A stretch of 64,000 bases of DNA, from contig OZ024740.1 of assembly GCA_964016885.1 (NCBI GenBank), positions 137,516,001 through 137,580,000 on the forward strand. Direction: 5' to 3'. The first letter of the stretch is position 1; each line of letters starts with the position of its first letter. This document shows positions 41,101 through 56,100 of the stretch, piece by piece. The notes under the pieces are model-generated. The model did not search any database. It was not told where the DNA came from and was given only the letters and a program-made list of their open reading frames with translations. The stretch is from Eledone cirrhosa. Lineage: Eukaryota. A program made the translations under genes and the position numbers.

Positions 41101-44100
41101 TCTCTCAATCTCCAATTCTCTCTTTCTCTTATCACTTTTCTCTCAATCTCCAATTCTCTCTTTCTCTTATCACTTTTCTCTCAATCTCCAATTCTCTCTT
41201 TCTCTTATCACTTTTCCCCCAATCTCCAATTCTCTCTTTCTCTTATCACTTTTCTCTCACTCTCCAATTCTCTCTTTCTATTATCACTTTTCCCCCAATC
41301 TCCAATTCTCTCTTTCTCTTATCAATTTTCTCTCAATCTCCAATTCTTTCTTTCTCTAATCACTTTTCCCCCAATCTCCAATTCTCTCTTTCTCTTATCA
41401 CTTTTCTCTCAATCTCCAATTCTCCTTTTCACTTATCACTTTTTCTCAATCTCCAATTCTCCTTTTCACTTATCACTTTTTCTCAATCTCCATTTCTCTC
41501 TTTCTATTCTCACTCTTCCCCCAATCTCCAATTCTCTCTTTCTCTTCTCACATTTCCCCCAATCTCCAATTCTCTCTTTCTCTCATCACTTTTCTCTCAA
41601 TCTCCAATTCTCTCTTTCTGTTATCAATTTTCTCTCAAATTCCAATTCTCTCTTTCACTTATCAATTTTTTCTCAATCTCCAATTCTCTCTTTCTCTTAT
41701 CACTTTTCTCTCAATCTCCAATTCTCTCTTTCTCTTATCACTTTTCTCCCAATCTCCAATTCTCTCTTTCTATTATCACTTTTCTCACAATCTCCAATTC
41801 TCTCTTTCTCTTATCACTTTTCTCTCCATCTCCAAGTCTCTCTTTCTCTTATCACTTTTCTCTCAATCTCCAATTCTCTCTTTCTGTTATCAATTTTCTC
41901 TCAATCTCCAATTCTTTCTTTCTCTTATCACTTTTCTCTCAAATTCCAATTCCCTCTTTCTCTTATCACTTTTCTCTCAATCTCTAATTCTCTCTTTCTC
42001 TTATCACTTTTCTCTCAATCTCCAATTCTCTCTTTCTCTTATCATTTTTCCCCCAATCTCCAATTCTCTCTTTCTCTTATCACTTTTCTCTCAATCTCCA
42101 ATTCTCTCTTTCTCTTATCACTTTTCCCCCAATCTCCAATTCTCTCTTTCTCTTATCACTTTTCTCTCACTCTCCAATTCTCTATTTCTCTTATGACTTT
42201 TCCCCCAATCCCCAATTCTCTCTTTCTATTATCAATTTTCTCTCAATCTCCAATTCTTTCTTTCTCTAATCACTTTTCCCCCAATCTCCAATTCTCTCTC
42301 TTTCTCTTATCACTTTTCTCTCAATCTCCAATTCTCTCTTTCTCTTATCACTTTTCCCCCAATCTCCAATTCTCTCTTTCTCTTCTCACTTTTCTCTGAA
42401 TCTCCAATTCTCTCTATGTCTTCTCACTTTTCTGTCAATCTCCAATCCTCTCTTTCTGTTCTCAGTTTACCCCCTATCTCCAATTCTCTCTTTCTCTCAT
42501 CACTTTTCTCTCAATCTCCAATTCTCTCTTTCTCTTATCACTTTTCCCCCATCTCCAATTCTCTCTTTCTCTTATCACTTTTCTCTCAATCTCCAACTCT
42601 CTCTTTCTCTTATCACTTTTCTCTTAATCTCCAATTCTCTCTTTCTCTTATCACTTTTCTCTCAATCTCCAATTCTCTCTTTCTCTTATCACTTTTCTCT
42701 CAATCTCCAATTCTCTCTTTCTCTTATCACTTTTCTCTCAATCTCCAATTCTCTCTTTCTCCTATCACTTTTCCCCCAATCTCCAATTCTCTCTTTCTCT
42801 TATCACTTTTCTCTCACTCTCCAATTCTCTCTTTCTCTTATCACTTTTCCCCCAATCTCCAATTCTCTCTTTCTCTTATCAATTTTCTCTCAATCTCCAA
42901 TTCTTTCTTTCTCTAATCACTTTTCCCCCAATCTCCAATTCTCTTATTCTCTCATTACTTTTCTCTCAATCTCCAATTCTCCTTTTCACGTATCACTTTT
43001 TCTCAATCTCCATTTCTCTCTTTCTCTTCTCACTCTTCCCCCAATCTCCAATTCTCTCTTTCTCTTATCACATTTCCCCCAATATCCAATTCTCTCTTTC
43101 TCTCATCACTTTTCTCTCAATCTCCAATTCTCTCTTTCTGTTATCAATTTTCTCTCAATCTCCAATTCTCTCTTTCTATTATCACTTTTCTCTCCATCTC
43201 CAAGTCTCTCTTTCTCTTATCACTTTTCTCTCAATCTCCAAATCTCTCTTTCTCTTCTCACTTTTCTCCCAATTTCCAATTCTCTCTTTCTCTTCTCACT
43301 TTTCCCGCAATCTCCAATTCTCTCTTTCTCTCATTACTTTTCTCTCAATCTCCAATTCTCTCTTTCTCTTACCACTTTTCTCTCAATCTCTAATTCTCTC
43401 TTTCTCTTATCACTTTTCCCCCATCTCCAATTCTCTCTTTCTCTTATCACTTTTCTCTCAATCTCCAATTCTCTCTTTCCCTTATCACTTTTCTCTCAAT
43501 CTCCAATTCTCTCTTTCTCAAATCACTTTTCTCTCAATCTCCTATTCTCTCTTTCTCTTATCACTTTTCTCTCACTCTCCAATTCTCTCTTTCTCTTATG
43601 ACTTTTGCCCCAATCTCCAATTCTCTCTTTCTCTTATCCGTTTTCTCTCAATCTCCAATTCTCTCTTTCTTTTCTCACTTTTCCCCCAACCTCCAATTCT
43701 CTCTTTCTCTCCACACTTTTCCCCCAATCTCCTATTTTCTCTTTCTCTTATCACTTTTCCCCCAATCTCTAATTCTCTCTTTCTCTTATCCCTTTTCTCT
43801 CAATCTCCAATTCTCTCTTTCTTTTCTCACTTTTCCCCCAACCTCCAATTCTCTCTTTCTCTCATCACTTTTCTCTCAATCTCCAATTCTCTCTTTCTCT
43901 TATCACTTTTCTCTCCATCTCCAATTCTCTCTTTCTCTTCTCACTTTTCCCCCAATCTCCAATTCTCTCTTTCTCTTCTCACTTTTCCCCCAATCTCCAA
44001 TTCTCTCTTTCTCTCATCACTTTTCTCTCAATCTCCAATTCTCTCTTTCTCTTATCACTTTTCTCTCACTCTCCAATTCTCTATTTCTCTTATGACTTTT

Positions 44101-47100
44101 CCCCCAATCCCCAATTCTCTCTTTCTATTATCAATTTTCTCTCAATCTCCAATTCTTTCTTTCTCTAATCACTTTTCCCCCAATCTCCAATTCTCTCTCT
44201 TTCTCTTAACACTTTTCTCTCAATCTCCAATTCTCTCTTTCTCATATCACTTTTCCCCCAATCTCCAATTCTCTCTTTCTCTTCTCACTTTTCTCTGAAT
44301 CTCCAATTCTCGCTTTGTCTTCTCACTTTTCTGTCAATCTCCAATCCTCTCTTTCTGTTCTCAGTTTACCCCCTATCTCCAACTCTCTCTTTCTCTCATC
44401 ACTTTTCTATCAATCTCCAATTCTCTCTTTCTCTTATCACTTTTCCCCCATCTCCAATTCTCTCTTTCTCTTATCACTTTTCTCTCAATCTCCAATTCTC
44501 TCTTTCTCTTATCACTTTTCTCTCAATCTCCAATTCTCTCTTTCTCTTATCACTTTTCTCTCAATCTCCAATTCTCTCTTTCTCTTATCACTTTTCCCCC
44601 ATCTCCAATTCTCTCTTTCTCTTATCACTTTTCTCTCAATCTCCAATTCTCTCTTTCTCTTATCACTTTTCTCTCAATCTCCAATTCTCTCTTTCTCTTA
44701 TCACTTTTCTCTCAATCTCCAATTCTCTCTTTCTCTTATCACTTTTCCCCCAATCTCCAATTCTCTCTTTCTCTTATCACTTTTCTCTCACTCTCCAATT
44801 CTCTCTTTCTATTATCACTTTTCCCCCAATCTCCAATTCTCTCTTTCTCTTATCAATTTTCTCTCAATCTCCAATTCTTTCTTTCTCTAATCACTTTTCC
44901 CCCAATCTCCAATTCTCTCTTTCTCTTATCACTTTTCTCTCAATCTCCAATTCTCCTTTTCACTTATCACTTTTTCTCAATCTCCATTTCTCTCTTTCTA
45001 TTCACACTCTTCCCCCAATCTCCAATTCTCTCTTTCTCTTCTCACATTTCCCCCAATCTCCAATCCTCTCTTTCTCTCATCACTTTTCTCTCAATCTCCA
45101 ATTCTCTCTTTCTGTTATCAATTTTCTCTCAATCTCCAATTCTTTCTTTCTCTCATCACTTTTCTCTCAAATTCCAATTCTCTCTTTCACTTATCACTTT
45201 TTTCTCAATCTCCAATTCTCTCTTTCTCTTATCACTTTTCTCTCAATCTCCAATTCTCTCTTTCTCTTATCACTTTTCTCCCAATCTCCAATTCTCTCTT
45301 TCTATTATCACTTTTCTCTCAATCTCCAATTCTCTCTTTCTCTTATCACTTTTCTCTCCATCTCCAATTCTCTCTTTCTCTTCTCACTTTTCCCCCAATC
45401 TCCAATTCTCTCTTTCTCTTCTCACTTTTCCCCCAATCTCCAATTCTCTCTTTCTCTCATCACTTTTCTCTCAATCTCCAATTCTCTCTTTCTCTTATCA
45501 CTTTTCTCTCACTCTCCAATTCTCTATTTCTCTTATGACTTTTCCCCCAATCCCCAATTCTCTCTTTCTATTATCAATTTTCTCTCAATCTCCAATTCTT
45601 TCTTTCTCTAATCACTTTTCCCCCAATCTCCAATTCTCTCTCTTTCTCTTAACACTTTTCTCTCAATCTCCAATTCTCTCTTTCTCATATCACTTTTCCC
45701 CCAATCTCCAATTCTCTCTTTCTCTTCTCACTTTTCTCTGAATCTCCAATTCTCGCTTTGTCTTCTCACTTTTCTGTCAATCTCCAATCCTCTCTTTCTG
45801 TTCTCAGTTTACCCCCTATCTCCAACTCTCTCTTTCTCTCATCACTTTTCTATCAATCTCCAATTCTCTCTTTCTCTTATCACTTTTCCCCCATCTCCAA
45901 TTCTCTCTTTCTCTTATCATTTTCTCTCAATCTCCAATTCTCTCTTTCTCTTATCACTTTTCTCTCAATCTCCAATTCTCTCTTTCTCTTATCACTTTTC
46001 TCTCAATCTCCAATTCTCTCTTTCTCTTATCACTTTTCCCCCATCTCCAATTCTCTCTCTCTCTTATCACTTTTCTCTCAATCTCCAATTCTCTCTTTCT
46101 CTTATCACTTTTCTCTCAATCTCCAATTCTCTCTTTCTCTTATCACTTTTCTCTCAATCTCCAATTCTCTCTTTCTCTTATCACTTTTCCCCCAATCTCC
46201 AATTCTCTCTTTCTCTTATCACTTTTCTCTCACTCTCCAATTCTCTCTTTCTATTATCACTTTTCCCCCAATCTCCAATTCTCTCTTTCTCTTATCAATT
46301 TTCTCTCAATCTCCAATTCTTTCTTTCTCTAATCACTTTTCCCCCAATCTCCAATTCTCTCTTTCTCTTATCACTTTTCTCTCAATCTCCAATTCTCCTT
46401 TTCACTTATCACTTTTTCTCAATCTCCATTTCTCTCTTTCTATTCACACTCTTCCCCCAATCTCCAATTCTCTCTTTCTCTTCTCACATTTCCCCCAATC
46501 TCCAATCCTCTCTTTCTCTCATCACTTTTCTCTCAATCTCCAATTCTCTCTTTCTGTTATCAATTTTCTCTCAATCTCCAATTCTTTCTTTCTCTTATCA
46601 CTTTTCTCTCAAATTCCAATTCTCTCTTTCACTTATCACTTTTTTCTCAATCTCCAATTCTCTCTTTCTCTTATCACTTTTCTCTCAATCTCCAATTCTC
46701 TCTTTCTCTTATCACTTTTCTCCCAATCTCCAAATCTCTTTCTATTATCACTTTTCTCTCAATCTCCAATTCTCTCTTTCTCTTATCACTTTTCTCTCCA
46801 TCTCCAAGTCTCTCTTTCTCTTATCACTTTTCTCTCAATCTCCAAATCTCTCTTTCTCTTCTCACTTTTCTCCCAATCTCCAATTCTCTCTTTCTCTTCT
46901 CAATTTTCTCCCAATCTCCAATTCTCTCTTTCTCTCATCACTTTTCTCTCAATCTCCAATTCTCTCTTTCTCTTATCACTTTTCTCTCAATCTCCAATTC
47001 TCTCTTTCTCTTATCACTTTTCTCTCAATCTCCAATTCTCTCTTTCCCTTATCACTTTTCTCTCAATCTCCAATTCTCTCTTCCTGAAATCACTTTTCTC

Positions 47101-50100
47101 TCAATCTCCTATTCTCTCTTTCTCTTATCACTTTTCTCTCACTCTCCAATTCTCTCTTTCTCTTATGACTTTTCCCCCAATCTCCAATTCTATCTTTCTC
47201 TTATCCCTTTTCTCTCAATCTCCAATTCTCTCTTTCTTTTCTCACTTTTCCCCCAACCTCCAATTCTCTCTTTCTCTTCACACTTTTCCCCCAATCTCCA
47301 ATTCTCTCTTTCTCTTATCACTTTTCCCCCAATCTCTAATTCTCTCTTTCTCTTATCCCTTTTCTCTCAATCTCCAATTCTCTCTTTCTTTTCTCACTTT
47401 TCCCCCAACCTCCAATTCTCTCTTTCTCTCATCACTTTTCTCTCAATCTCCAATTCTCTCTTTCTCTTATCACTTTTCTCTCCATCTCCAATTCTCTCTT
47501 TCTCTTATCACTTTTCTCTCAATCTCCAAATCTCTCTTTCTCTTCTCACTTTTCCCCCAATCTCCAATTCTCTCTTTCTCTTCTCACTTTTCCCCCAATC
47601 TCCAATTCTCTCTTTCCCTCATCACTTTTCTCTCAATCTCCAATTCTCGCTTTGTCTTCTCACTTTTCTGTCAATCTCCAATCCTCTCTTTCTGTTCTCA
47701 GTTTACCCCCTATCTCCAACTCTCTCTTTCTCTCATCACTTTTCTATCAATCTCCAATTCTCTCTTTCTCTTATCACTTTTCCCCCATCTCCAATTCTCT
47801 CTTTCTCTTATCACTTTTCTCTCAATCTCCAATTCTCTCTTTCTCTTATCACTTTTCTCTCAATCTCCAATTCTCTCTTTCTCTTATCACTTTTTTCTCA
47901 ATCTCCAATTCTCTCTTTCTCTTATCACTTTTCCCCCATCTCCAATTCTCTTTTTCTCTTATCACTTTTCTCTCAATCTCCAATTCTCTCTTTCTCTTAT
48001 CACTTTTCTCTCAATCTCCAATTCTCTCTTTCTCTTATCACTTTTCTCTCAATCTCCAATTCTCTCTTTCTCTTATCACTTTTCCCCCAATCTCCAATTC
48101 TCTCTTTCTCTTATCACTTTTCTCTCACTCTCCAATTCTCTCTTTCTATTATCACTTTTCCCCCAATCTCCAATTCTCTCTTTCTCTTATCAATTTTCTC
48201 TCAATCTCCAATTCTTTCTTTCTCTAATCACTTTTCCCCCAATCTCCAATTCTCTCTTTCTCTTATCACTTTTCTCTCAATCTCCAATTCTCCTTTTCAC
48301 TTATCACTTTTTCTCAATCTCCATTTCTCTCTTTCTATTCTCACTCTTCCCCCAATCTCCAATTCTCTCTTTCTCTTCTCACATTTCCCCCAATCTCCAA
48401 TTCTCTCTTTCTCTCATCACTTTTCTCTCAATCTCCAATTCTCTCTTTCTGTTATCAATTTTCTCTCAAATTCCAATTCTCTCTTTCACTTATCAATTTT
48501 TTCTCAATCTCCAATTCTCTCTTTCTCTTATCACTTTTCTCTCAATCTCCAATTCTCTCTTTCTCTTATCACTTTTCTCCCAATCTCCAATTCTCTCTTT
48601 CTATTATCACTTTTCTCTCAATCTCCAATTCTCTCTTTCTCTTATCACTTTTCTCTCCATCTCCAAGTCTCTCTTTCTCTTATCACTTTTCTCTCAATCT
48701 CCAATTCTCTCTTTCTGTTATCAATTTTCTCTCAATCTCCAATTCTTTCTTTCTCTTATCACTTTTCTCTCAAATTCCAATTCCCTCTTTCTCTTATCAC
48801 TTTTCTCTCAATCTCTAATTCTCTCTTTCTCTTATCACTTTTCTCTCAATCTCCAATTCTCTCTTTCTCTTATCATTTTTCCCCCAATCTCCAATTCTCT
48901 CTTTCTCTTATCACTTTTCTCTCAATCTCCAATTCTCTCTTTCTCTTATCACTTTTCCCCCAATCTCCAATTCTCTCTTTCTCTTATCACTTTTCTCTCA
49001 CTCTCCAATTCTCTATTTCTCTTATGACTTTTCCCCCAATCCCCAATTCTCTCTTTCTATTATCAATTTTCTCTCAATCTCCAATTCTTTCTTTCTCTAA
49101 TCACTTTTCCCCCAATCTCCAATTCTCTCTCTTTCTCTTATCACTTTTCTCTCAATCTCCAATTCTCTCTTTCTCTTATCACTTTTCCCCCAATCTCCAA
49201 TTCTCTCTTTCTCTTCTCACTTTTCTCTGAATCTCCAATTCTCTCTATGTCTTCTCACTTTTCTGTCAATCTCCAATCCTCTCTTTCTGTTCTCAGTTTA
49301 CCCCCTATCTCCAATTCTCTCTTTCTCTCATCACTTTTCTCTCAATCTCCAATTCTCTCTTTCTCTTATCACTTTTCCCCCATCTCCAATTCTCTCTTTC
49401 TCTTATCACTTTTCTCTCAATCTCCAACTCTCTCTTTCTCTTATCACTTTTCTCTTAATCTCCAATTCTCTCTTTCTCTTATCACTTTTCTCTCAATCTC
49501 CAATTCTCTCTTTCTCTTATCACTTTTCTCTCAATCTCCAATTCTCTCTTTCTCTTATCACTTTTCTCTCAATCTCCAATTCTCTCTTTCTCCTATCACT
49601 TTTCCCCCAATCTCCAATTCTCTCTTTCTCTTATCACTTTTCTCTCACTCTCCAATTCTCTCTTTCTCTTATCACTTTTCCCCCAATCTCCAATTCTCTC
49701 TTTCTCTTATCAATTTTCTCTCAATCTCCAATTCTTTCTTTCTCTAATCACTTTTCCCCCAATCTCCAATTCTCTTATTCTCTCATTACTTTTCTCTCAA
49801 TCTCCAATTCTCCTTTTCACGTATCACTTTTTCTCAATCTCCATTTCTCTCTTTCTCTTCTCACTCTTCCCCCAATCTCCAATTCTCTCTTTCTCTTATC
49901 ACATTTCCCCCAATATCCAATTCTCTCTTTCTCTCATCACTTTTCTCTCAATCTCCAATTCTCTCTTTCTGTTATCAATTTTCTCTCAATCTCCAATTCT
50001 CTCTTTCTATTATCACTTTTCTCTCCATCTCCAAGTCTCTCTTTCTCTTATCACTTTTCTCTCAATCTCCAAATCTCTCTTTCTCTTCTCACTTTTCTCC

Positions 50101-53100
50101 CAATTTCCAATTCTCTCTTTCTCTTCTCACTTTTCCCGCAATCTCCAATTCTCTCTTTCTCTCATTACTTTTCTCTCAATCTCCAATTCTCTCTTTCTCT
50201 TACCACTTTTCTCTCAATCTCTAATTCTCTCTTTCTCTTATCACTTTTCCCCCATCTCCAATTCTCTCTTTCTCTTATCACTTTTCTCTCAATCTCCAAT
50301 TCTCTCTTTCCCTTATCACTTTTCTCTCAATCTCCAATTCTCTCTTTCTCAAATCACTTTTCTCTCAATCTCCTATTCTCTCTTTCTCTTATCACTTTTC
50401 TCTCACTCTCCAATTCTCTCTTTCTCTTATGACTTTTGCCCCAATCTCCAATTCTCTCTTTCTCTTATCCGTTTTCTCTCAATCTCCAATTCTCTCTTTC
50501 TTTTCTCACTTTTCCCCCAACCTCCAATTCTCTCTTTCTCTCCACACTTTTCCCCCAATCTCCTATTTTCTCTTTCTCTTATCACTTTTCCCCCAATCTC
50601 TAATTCTCTCTTTCTCTTATCCCTTTTCTCTCAATCTCCAATTCTCTCTTTCTTTTCTCACTTTTCCCCCAACCTCCAATTCTCTCTTTCTCTCATCACT
50701 TTTCTCTCAATCTCCAATTCTCTCTTTCTCTTATCACTTTTCTCTCCAGCTCCAATTCTCTCTTTCTCTTCTCACTTTTCCCCCAATCTCCAATTCTCTC
50801 TTTCTCTTCTCACTTTTCCCCCAATCTCCAATTCTCTCTTTCTCTCATCACTTTTCTCTCAATCTCCAATTCTCTCTTTCTCTTATCACTTTTCTCTCAC
50901 TCTCCAATTCTCTATTTCTCTTATGACTTTTCCCCCAATCCCCAATTCTCTCTTTCTATTATCAATTTTCTCTCAATCTCCAATTCTTTCTTTCTCTAAT
51001 CACTTTTCCCCCAATCTCCAATTCTCTCTCTTTCTCTTAACACTTTTCTCTCAATCTCCAATTCTCTCTTTCTCATATCACTTTTCCCCCAATCTCCAAT
51101 TCTCTCTTTCTCTTCTCACTTTTCTCTGAATCTCCAATTCTCGCTTTGTCTTCTCACTTTTCTGTCAATCTCCAATCCTCTCTTTCTGTTCTCAGTTTAC
51201 CCCCTATCTCCAACTCTCTCTTTCTCTCATCACTTTTCTATCAATCTCCAATTCTCTCTTTCTCTTATCACTTTTCCCCCATCTCCAATTCTCTCTTTCT
51301 CTTATCACTTTTCTCTCAATCTCCAATTCTCTCTTTCTCTTATCACTTTTCTCTCAATCTCCAATTCTCTCTTTCTCTTATCACTTTTCTCTCAATCTCC
51401 AATTCTCTCTTTCTCTTATCACTTTTCCCCCATCTCCAATTCTCTCTTTCTCTTATCACTTTTCTCTCAATCTCCAATTCTCTCTTTCTCTTATAACTTT
51501 TCTCTCAATCTCCAATTCTCTCTTTCTCTTATCACTTTTCTCTCAATCTCCAATTCTCTCTTTCTCTTATCACTTTTCCCCCAATCTCCAATTCTCTCTT
51601 TCTCTTATCACTTTTCTCTCACTCTCCAATTCTCTCTTTCTATTATCACTTTTCCCCCAATCTCCAATTCTCTCTTTCTCTTATCAATTTTCTCTCAATC
51701 TCCAATTCTTTCTTTCTCTAATCACTTTTCCCCCAATCTCCAATTCTCTCTTTCTCTTATCACTTTTCTCTCAATCTCCAATTCTCCTTTTCACTTATCA
51801 CTTTTTCTCAATCTCCATTTCTCTCTTTCTATTCACACTCTTCCCCCAATCTCCAATTCTCTCTTTCTCTTCTCACATTTCCCCCAATCTCCAATCCTCT
51901 CTTTCTCTCATCACTTTTCTCTCAATCTCCAATTCTCTCTTTCTGTTATCAATTTTCTCTCAATCTCCAATTCTTTCTTTCTCTCATCACTTTTCTCTCA
52001 AATTCCAATTCTCTCTTTCACTTATCACTTTTTTCTCAATCTCCAATTCTCTCTTTCTCTTATCACTTTTCTCTCAATCTCCAATTCTCTCTTTCTCTTA
52101 TCACTTTTCTCCCAATCTCCAATTCTCTCTTTCTATTATCACTTTTCTCTCAATCTCCAATTCTCTCTTTCTCTTATCACTTTTCTCTCCATCTCCAAGT
52201 CTCTCTTTCTCTTATCACTTTTCTCTCAATCTCCAAATCTCTCTTTCTCTTCTCACTTTTCTCCCAATCTCCAATTCTCTCTTTCTCTTCTCAATTTTCC
52301 CCCAATCTCCAATTCTCTCTTTCTCTCATCACTTTTCTCTCAATCTCCAATTCTCTCTTTCTCTTATCACTTTTCTCTCAATCTCCAATTCTCTCTTTCT
52401 CTTATCACTTTTCTCTCAATCTCCAATTCTCTCTTTCCCTTATCACTTTTCTCTCAATCTCCAATTCTCTCTTCCTGAAATCACTTTTCTCTCAATCTCC
52501 TATTCTCTCTTTCTCTTATCACTTTTCTCTCACTCTCCAATTCTCTCTTTCTCTTATGACTTTTCCCCCAATCTCCAATTCTATCTTTCTCTTATCCCTT
52601 TTCTCTCAATCTCCAATTCTCTCTTTCTTTTCTCACTTTTCCCCCAACCTCCAATTCTCTCTTTCTCTTCACACTTTTCCCCCAATCTCCAATTCTCTCT
52701 TTCTCTTATCACTTTTCCCCCAATCTCTAATTCTCTCTTTCTCTTATCCCTTTTCTCTCAATCTCCAATTCTCTCTTTCTTTTCTCACTTTTCCCCCAAC
52801 CTCCAATTCTCTCTTTCTCTCATCACTTTTCTCTCAATCTCCAATTCTCTCTTTCTCTTATCACTTTTCTCTCCATCTCCAATTCTCTCTTTCTCTTATC
52901 ACTTTTCTCTCAATCTCCAAATCTCTCTTTCTCTTCTCACTTTTCCCCCAATCTCCAATTCTCTCTTTCTCTTCTCACTTTTCCCCCAATCTCCAATTCT
53001 CTCTTTCCCTCATCACTTTTCTCTCAATCTCCAATTCTCGCTTTGTCTTCTCACTTTTCTGTCAATCTCCAATCCTCTCTTTCTGTTCTCAGTTTACCCC

Positions 53101-56100
53101 CTATCTCCAACTCTCTCTTTCTCTCATCACTTTTCTATCAATCTCCAATTCTCTCTTTCTCTTATCACTTTTCCCCCATCTCCAATTCTCTCTTTCTCTT
53201 ATCACTTTTCTCTCAATCTCCAATTCTCTCTTTCTCTTATCACTTTTCTCTCAATCTCCAATTCTCTCTTTCTCTTATCACTTTTTTCTCAATCTCCAAT
53301 TCTCTCTTTCTCTTATCACTTTTCCCCCATCTCCAATTCTCTTTTTCTCTTATCACTTTTCTCTCAATCTCCAATTCTCTCTTTCTCTTATCACTTTTCT
53401 CTCAATCTCCAATTCTCTCTTTCTCTTATCACTTTTCTCTCAATCTCCAATTCTCTCTTTCTCTTATCACTTTTCCCCCAATCTCCAATTCTCTCTTTCT
53501 CTTATCACTTTTCTCTCACTCTCCAATTCTCTCTTTCTATTATCACTTTTCCCCCAATCTCCAATTCTCTCTTTCTCTTATCAATTTTCTCTCAATCTCC
53601 AATTCTTTCTTTCTCTAATCACTTTTCCCCCAATCTCCAATTCTCTCTTTCTCTTATCACTTTTCTCTCAATCTCCAATTCTCCTTTTCACTTATCACTT
53701 TTTCTCAATCTCCATTTCTCTCTTTCTATTCTCACTCTTCCCCCAATCTCCAATTCTCTCTTTCTCTTCTCACATTTCCCCCAATCTCCAATTCTCTCTT
53801 TCTCTCATCACTTTTCTCTCAATCTCCAATTCTCTCTTTCTGTTATCAATTTTCTCTCAATCTCCAATTCTTTCTTTCTCTTATCACTTTTCTCTCAAAT
53901 TCCAATTCTCTCTTTCACTTATCACTTTTTTCTCAATCTCCAATTCTCTCTTTCTCTTATCACTTTTCTCTCAATCTCCAATTCTCTCTTTCTCTTATCA
54001 CTTTTCTCCCAATCTCCAATTCTCTCTTTCTATTATCACTTTTCTCTCAATCTCCAATTCTCTCTTTCTCTTATCACTTTTCTCTCCATCTCCAAGTCTC
54101 TCTTTCTCTTATCACTTTTCTCTCAATCTCCAATTCTCTCTTTCTGTTATCAATTTTCTCTCAATCTCCAATTCTTTCTTTCTCTTATCACTTTTCTCTC
54201 AAATTCCAATTCCCTCTTTCTCTTATCACTTTTCTCTCAATCTCTAATTCTCTCTTTCTCTTATCACTTTTCTCTCAATCTCCAATTCTCTCTTTCTCTT
54301 ATCACTTTTCCCCCAATCTCCAATTCTCTCTTTCTCTTATCACTTTTCTCTCAATCTCCAATTCTCTCTTTCTCTTATCACTTTTCCCCCAATCTCCAAT
54401 TCTCTCTTTCTCTTATCACTTTTCTCTCACTCTCCAATTCTCTATTTCTCTTATGACTTTTCCCCCAATCCCCAATTCTCTCTTTCTATTATCAATTTTC
54501 TCTCAATCTCCAATTCTTTCTTTCTCTAATCACTTTTCCCCCAATCTCCAATTCTCTCTCTTTCTCTTATCACTTTTCTCTCAATCTCCAATTCTCTCTT
54601 TCTCTTATCACTTTTCCCCCAATCTCCAATTCTCTCTTTCTCTTCTCACTTTTCTCTGAATCTCCAATTCTCTCTATGTCTTCTCACTTTTCTGTCAATC
54701 TCCAATCCTCTCTTTCTGTTCTCAGTTTACCCCCTATCTCCAATTCTCTCTTTCTCTCATCACTTTTCTCTCAATCTCCAATTCTCTCTTTCTCTTATCA
54801 CTTTTCCCCCATCTCCAATTCTCTCTTTCTCTTATCACTTTTCTCTCAATCTCCAACTCTCTCTTTCTCTTATCACTTTTCTCTTAATCTCCAATTCTCT
54901 CTTTCTCTTATCACTTTTCTCTCAATCTCCAATTCTCTCTTTCTCTTATCACTTTTCTCTCAATCTCCAATTCTCTCTTTCTCTTATCACTTTTCTCTCA
55001 ATCTCCAATTCTCTTTTTCTCCTATCACTTTTCCCCCAATCTCCAATTCTCTCTTTCTCTTATCACTTTTCTCTCACTCTCCAATTCTCTCTTTCTCTTA
55101 TCACTTTTCCCCCAATCTCCAATTCTCTCTTTCTCTTATCAATTTTCTCTCAATCTCCAATTCTTTCTTTCTCTAATCACTTTTCCCCCAATCTCCAATT
55201 CTCTTATTCTCTCATTACTTTTCTCTCAATCTCCAATTCTCTCTTTCTCTTCTCACTCTTCCCCCAATCTCCAATTCTCTCTTTCTCTTATCACATTTCC
55301 CCCAATATCCAATTCTCTCTTTCTCTCATCACTTTTCTCTCAATCTCCAATTCTCTCTTTCTGTTATCAATTTTCTCTCAATCTCCAATTCTCTCTTTCT
55401 ATTATCACTTTTCTCTCCATCTCCAAGTCTCTCTTTCTCTTATCACTTTTCTCTCAATCTCCAAATCTCTCTTTCTCTTCTCACTTTTCTCCCAATTTCC
55501 AATTCTCTCTTTCTCTTCTCACTTTTCCCGCAATCTCCAATTCTCTCTTTCTCTCATTACTTTTCTCTCAATCTCCAATTCTCTCTTTCTCTTACCACTT
55601 TTCTCTCAATCTCTAATTCTCTCTTTCTCTTATCACTTTTCCCCCATCTCCAATTCTCTCTTTCTCTTATCACTTTTCTCTCAATCTCCAATTGTCTCTT
55701 TCCCTTATCACTTTTCTCTCAATCTCCAATTCTCTCTTTCTCAAATCACTTTTCTCTCAATCTCCTATTCTCTCTTTCTCTTATCACTTTTCTCTCACTC
55801 TCCAATTCTCTCTTTCTCTTATGACTTTTGCCCCAATCTCCAATTCTCTCTTTCTCTTATCCGTTTTCTCTCAATCTCCAATTCTCTCTTTCTTTTCTCA
55901 CTTTTCCCCCAACCTCCAATTCTCTCTTTCTCTCCACACTTTTCCCCCAATCTCCTATTTTCTCTTTCTCTTATCACTTTTCCCCCAATCTCTAATTCTC
56001 TCTTTCTCTTATCCCTTTTCTCTCAATCTCCAATTCTCTCTTTCTTTTCTCACTTTTCCCCCAACCTCCAATTCTCTCTTTCTCTCATCACTTTTCTCTC

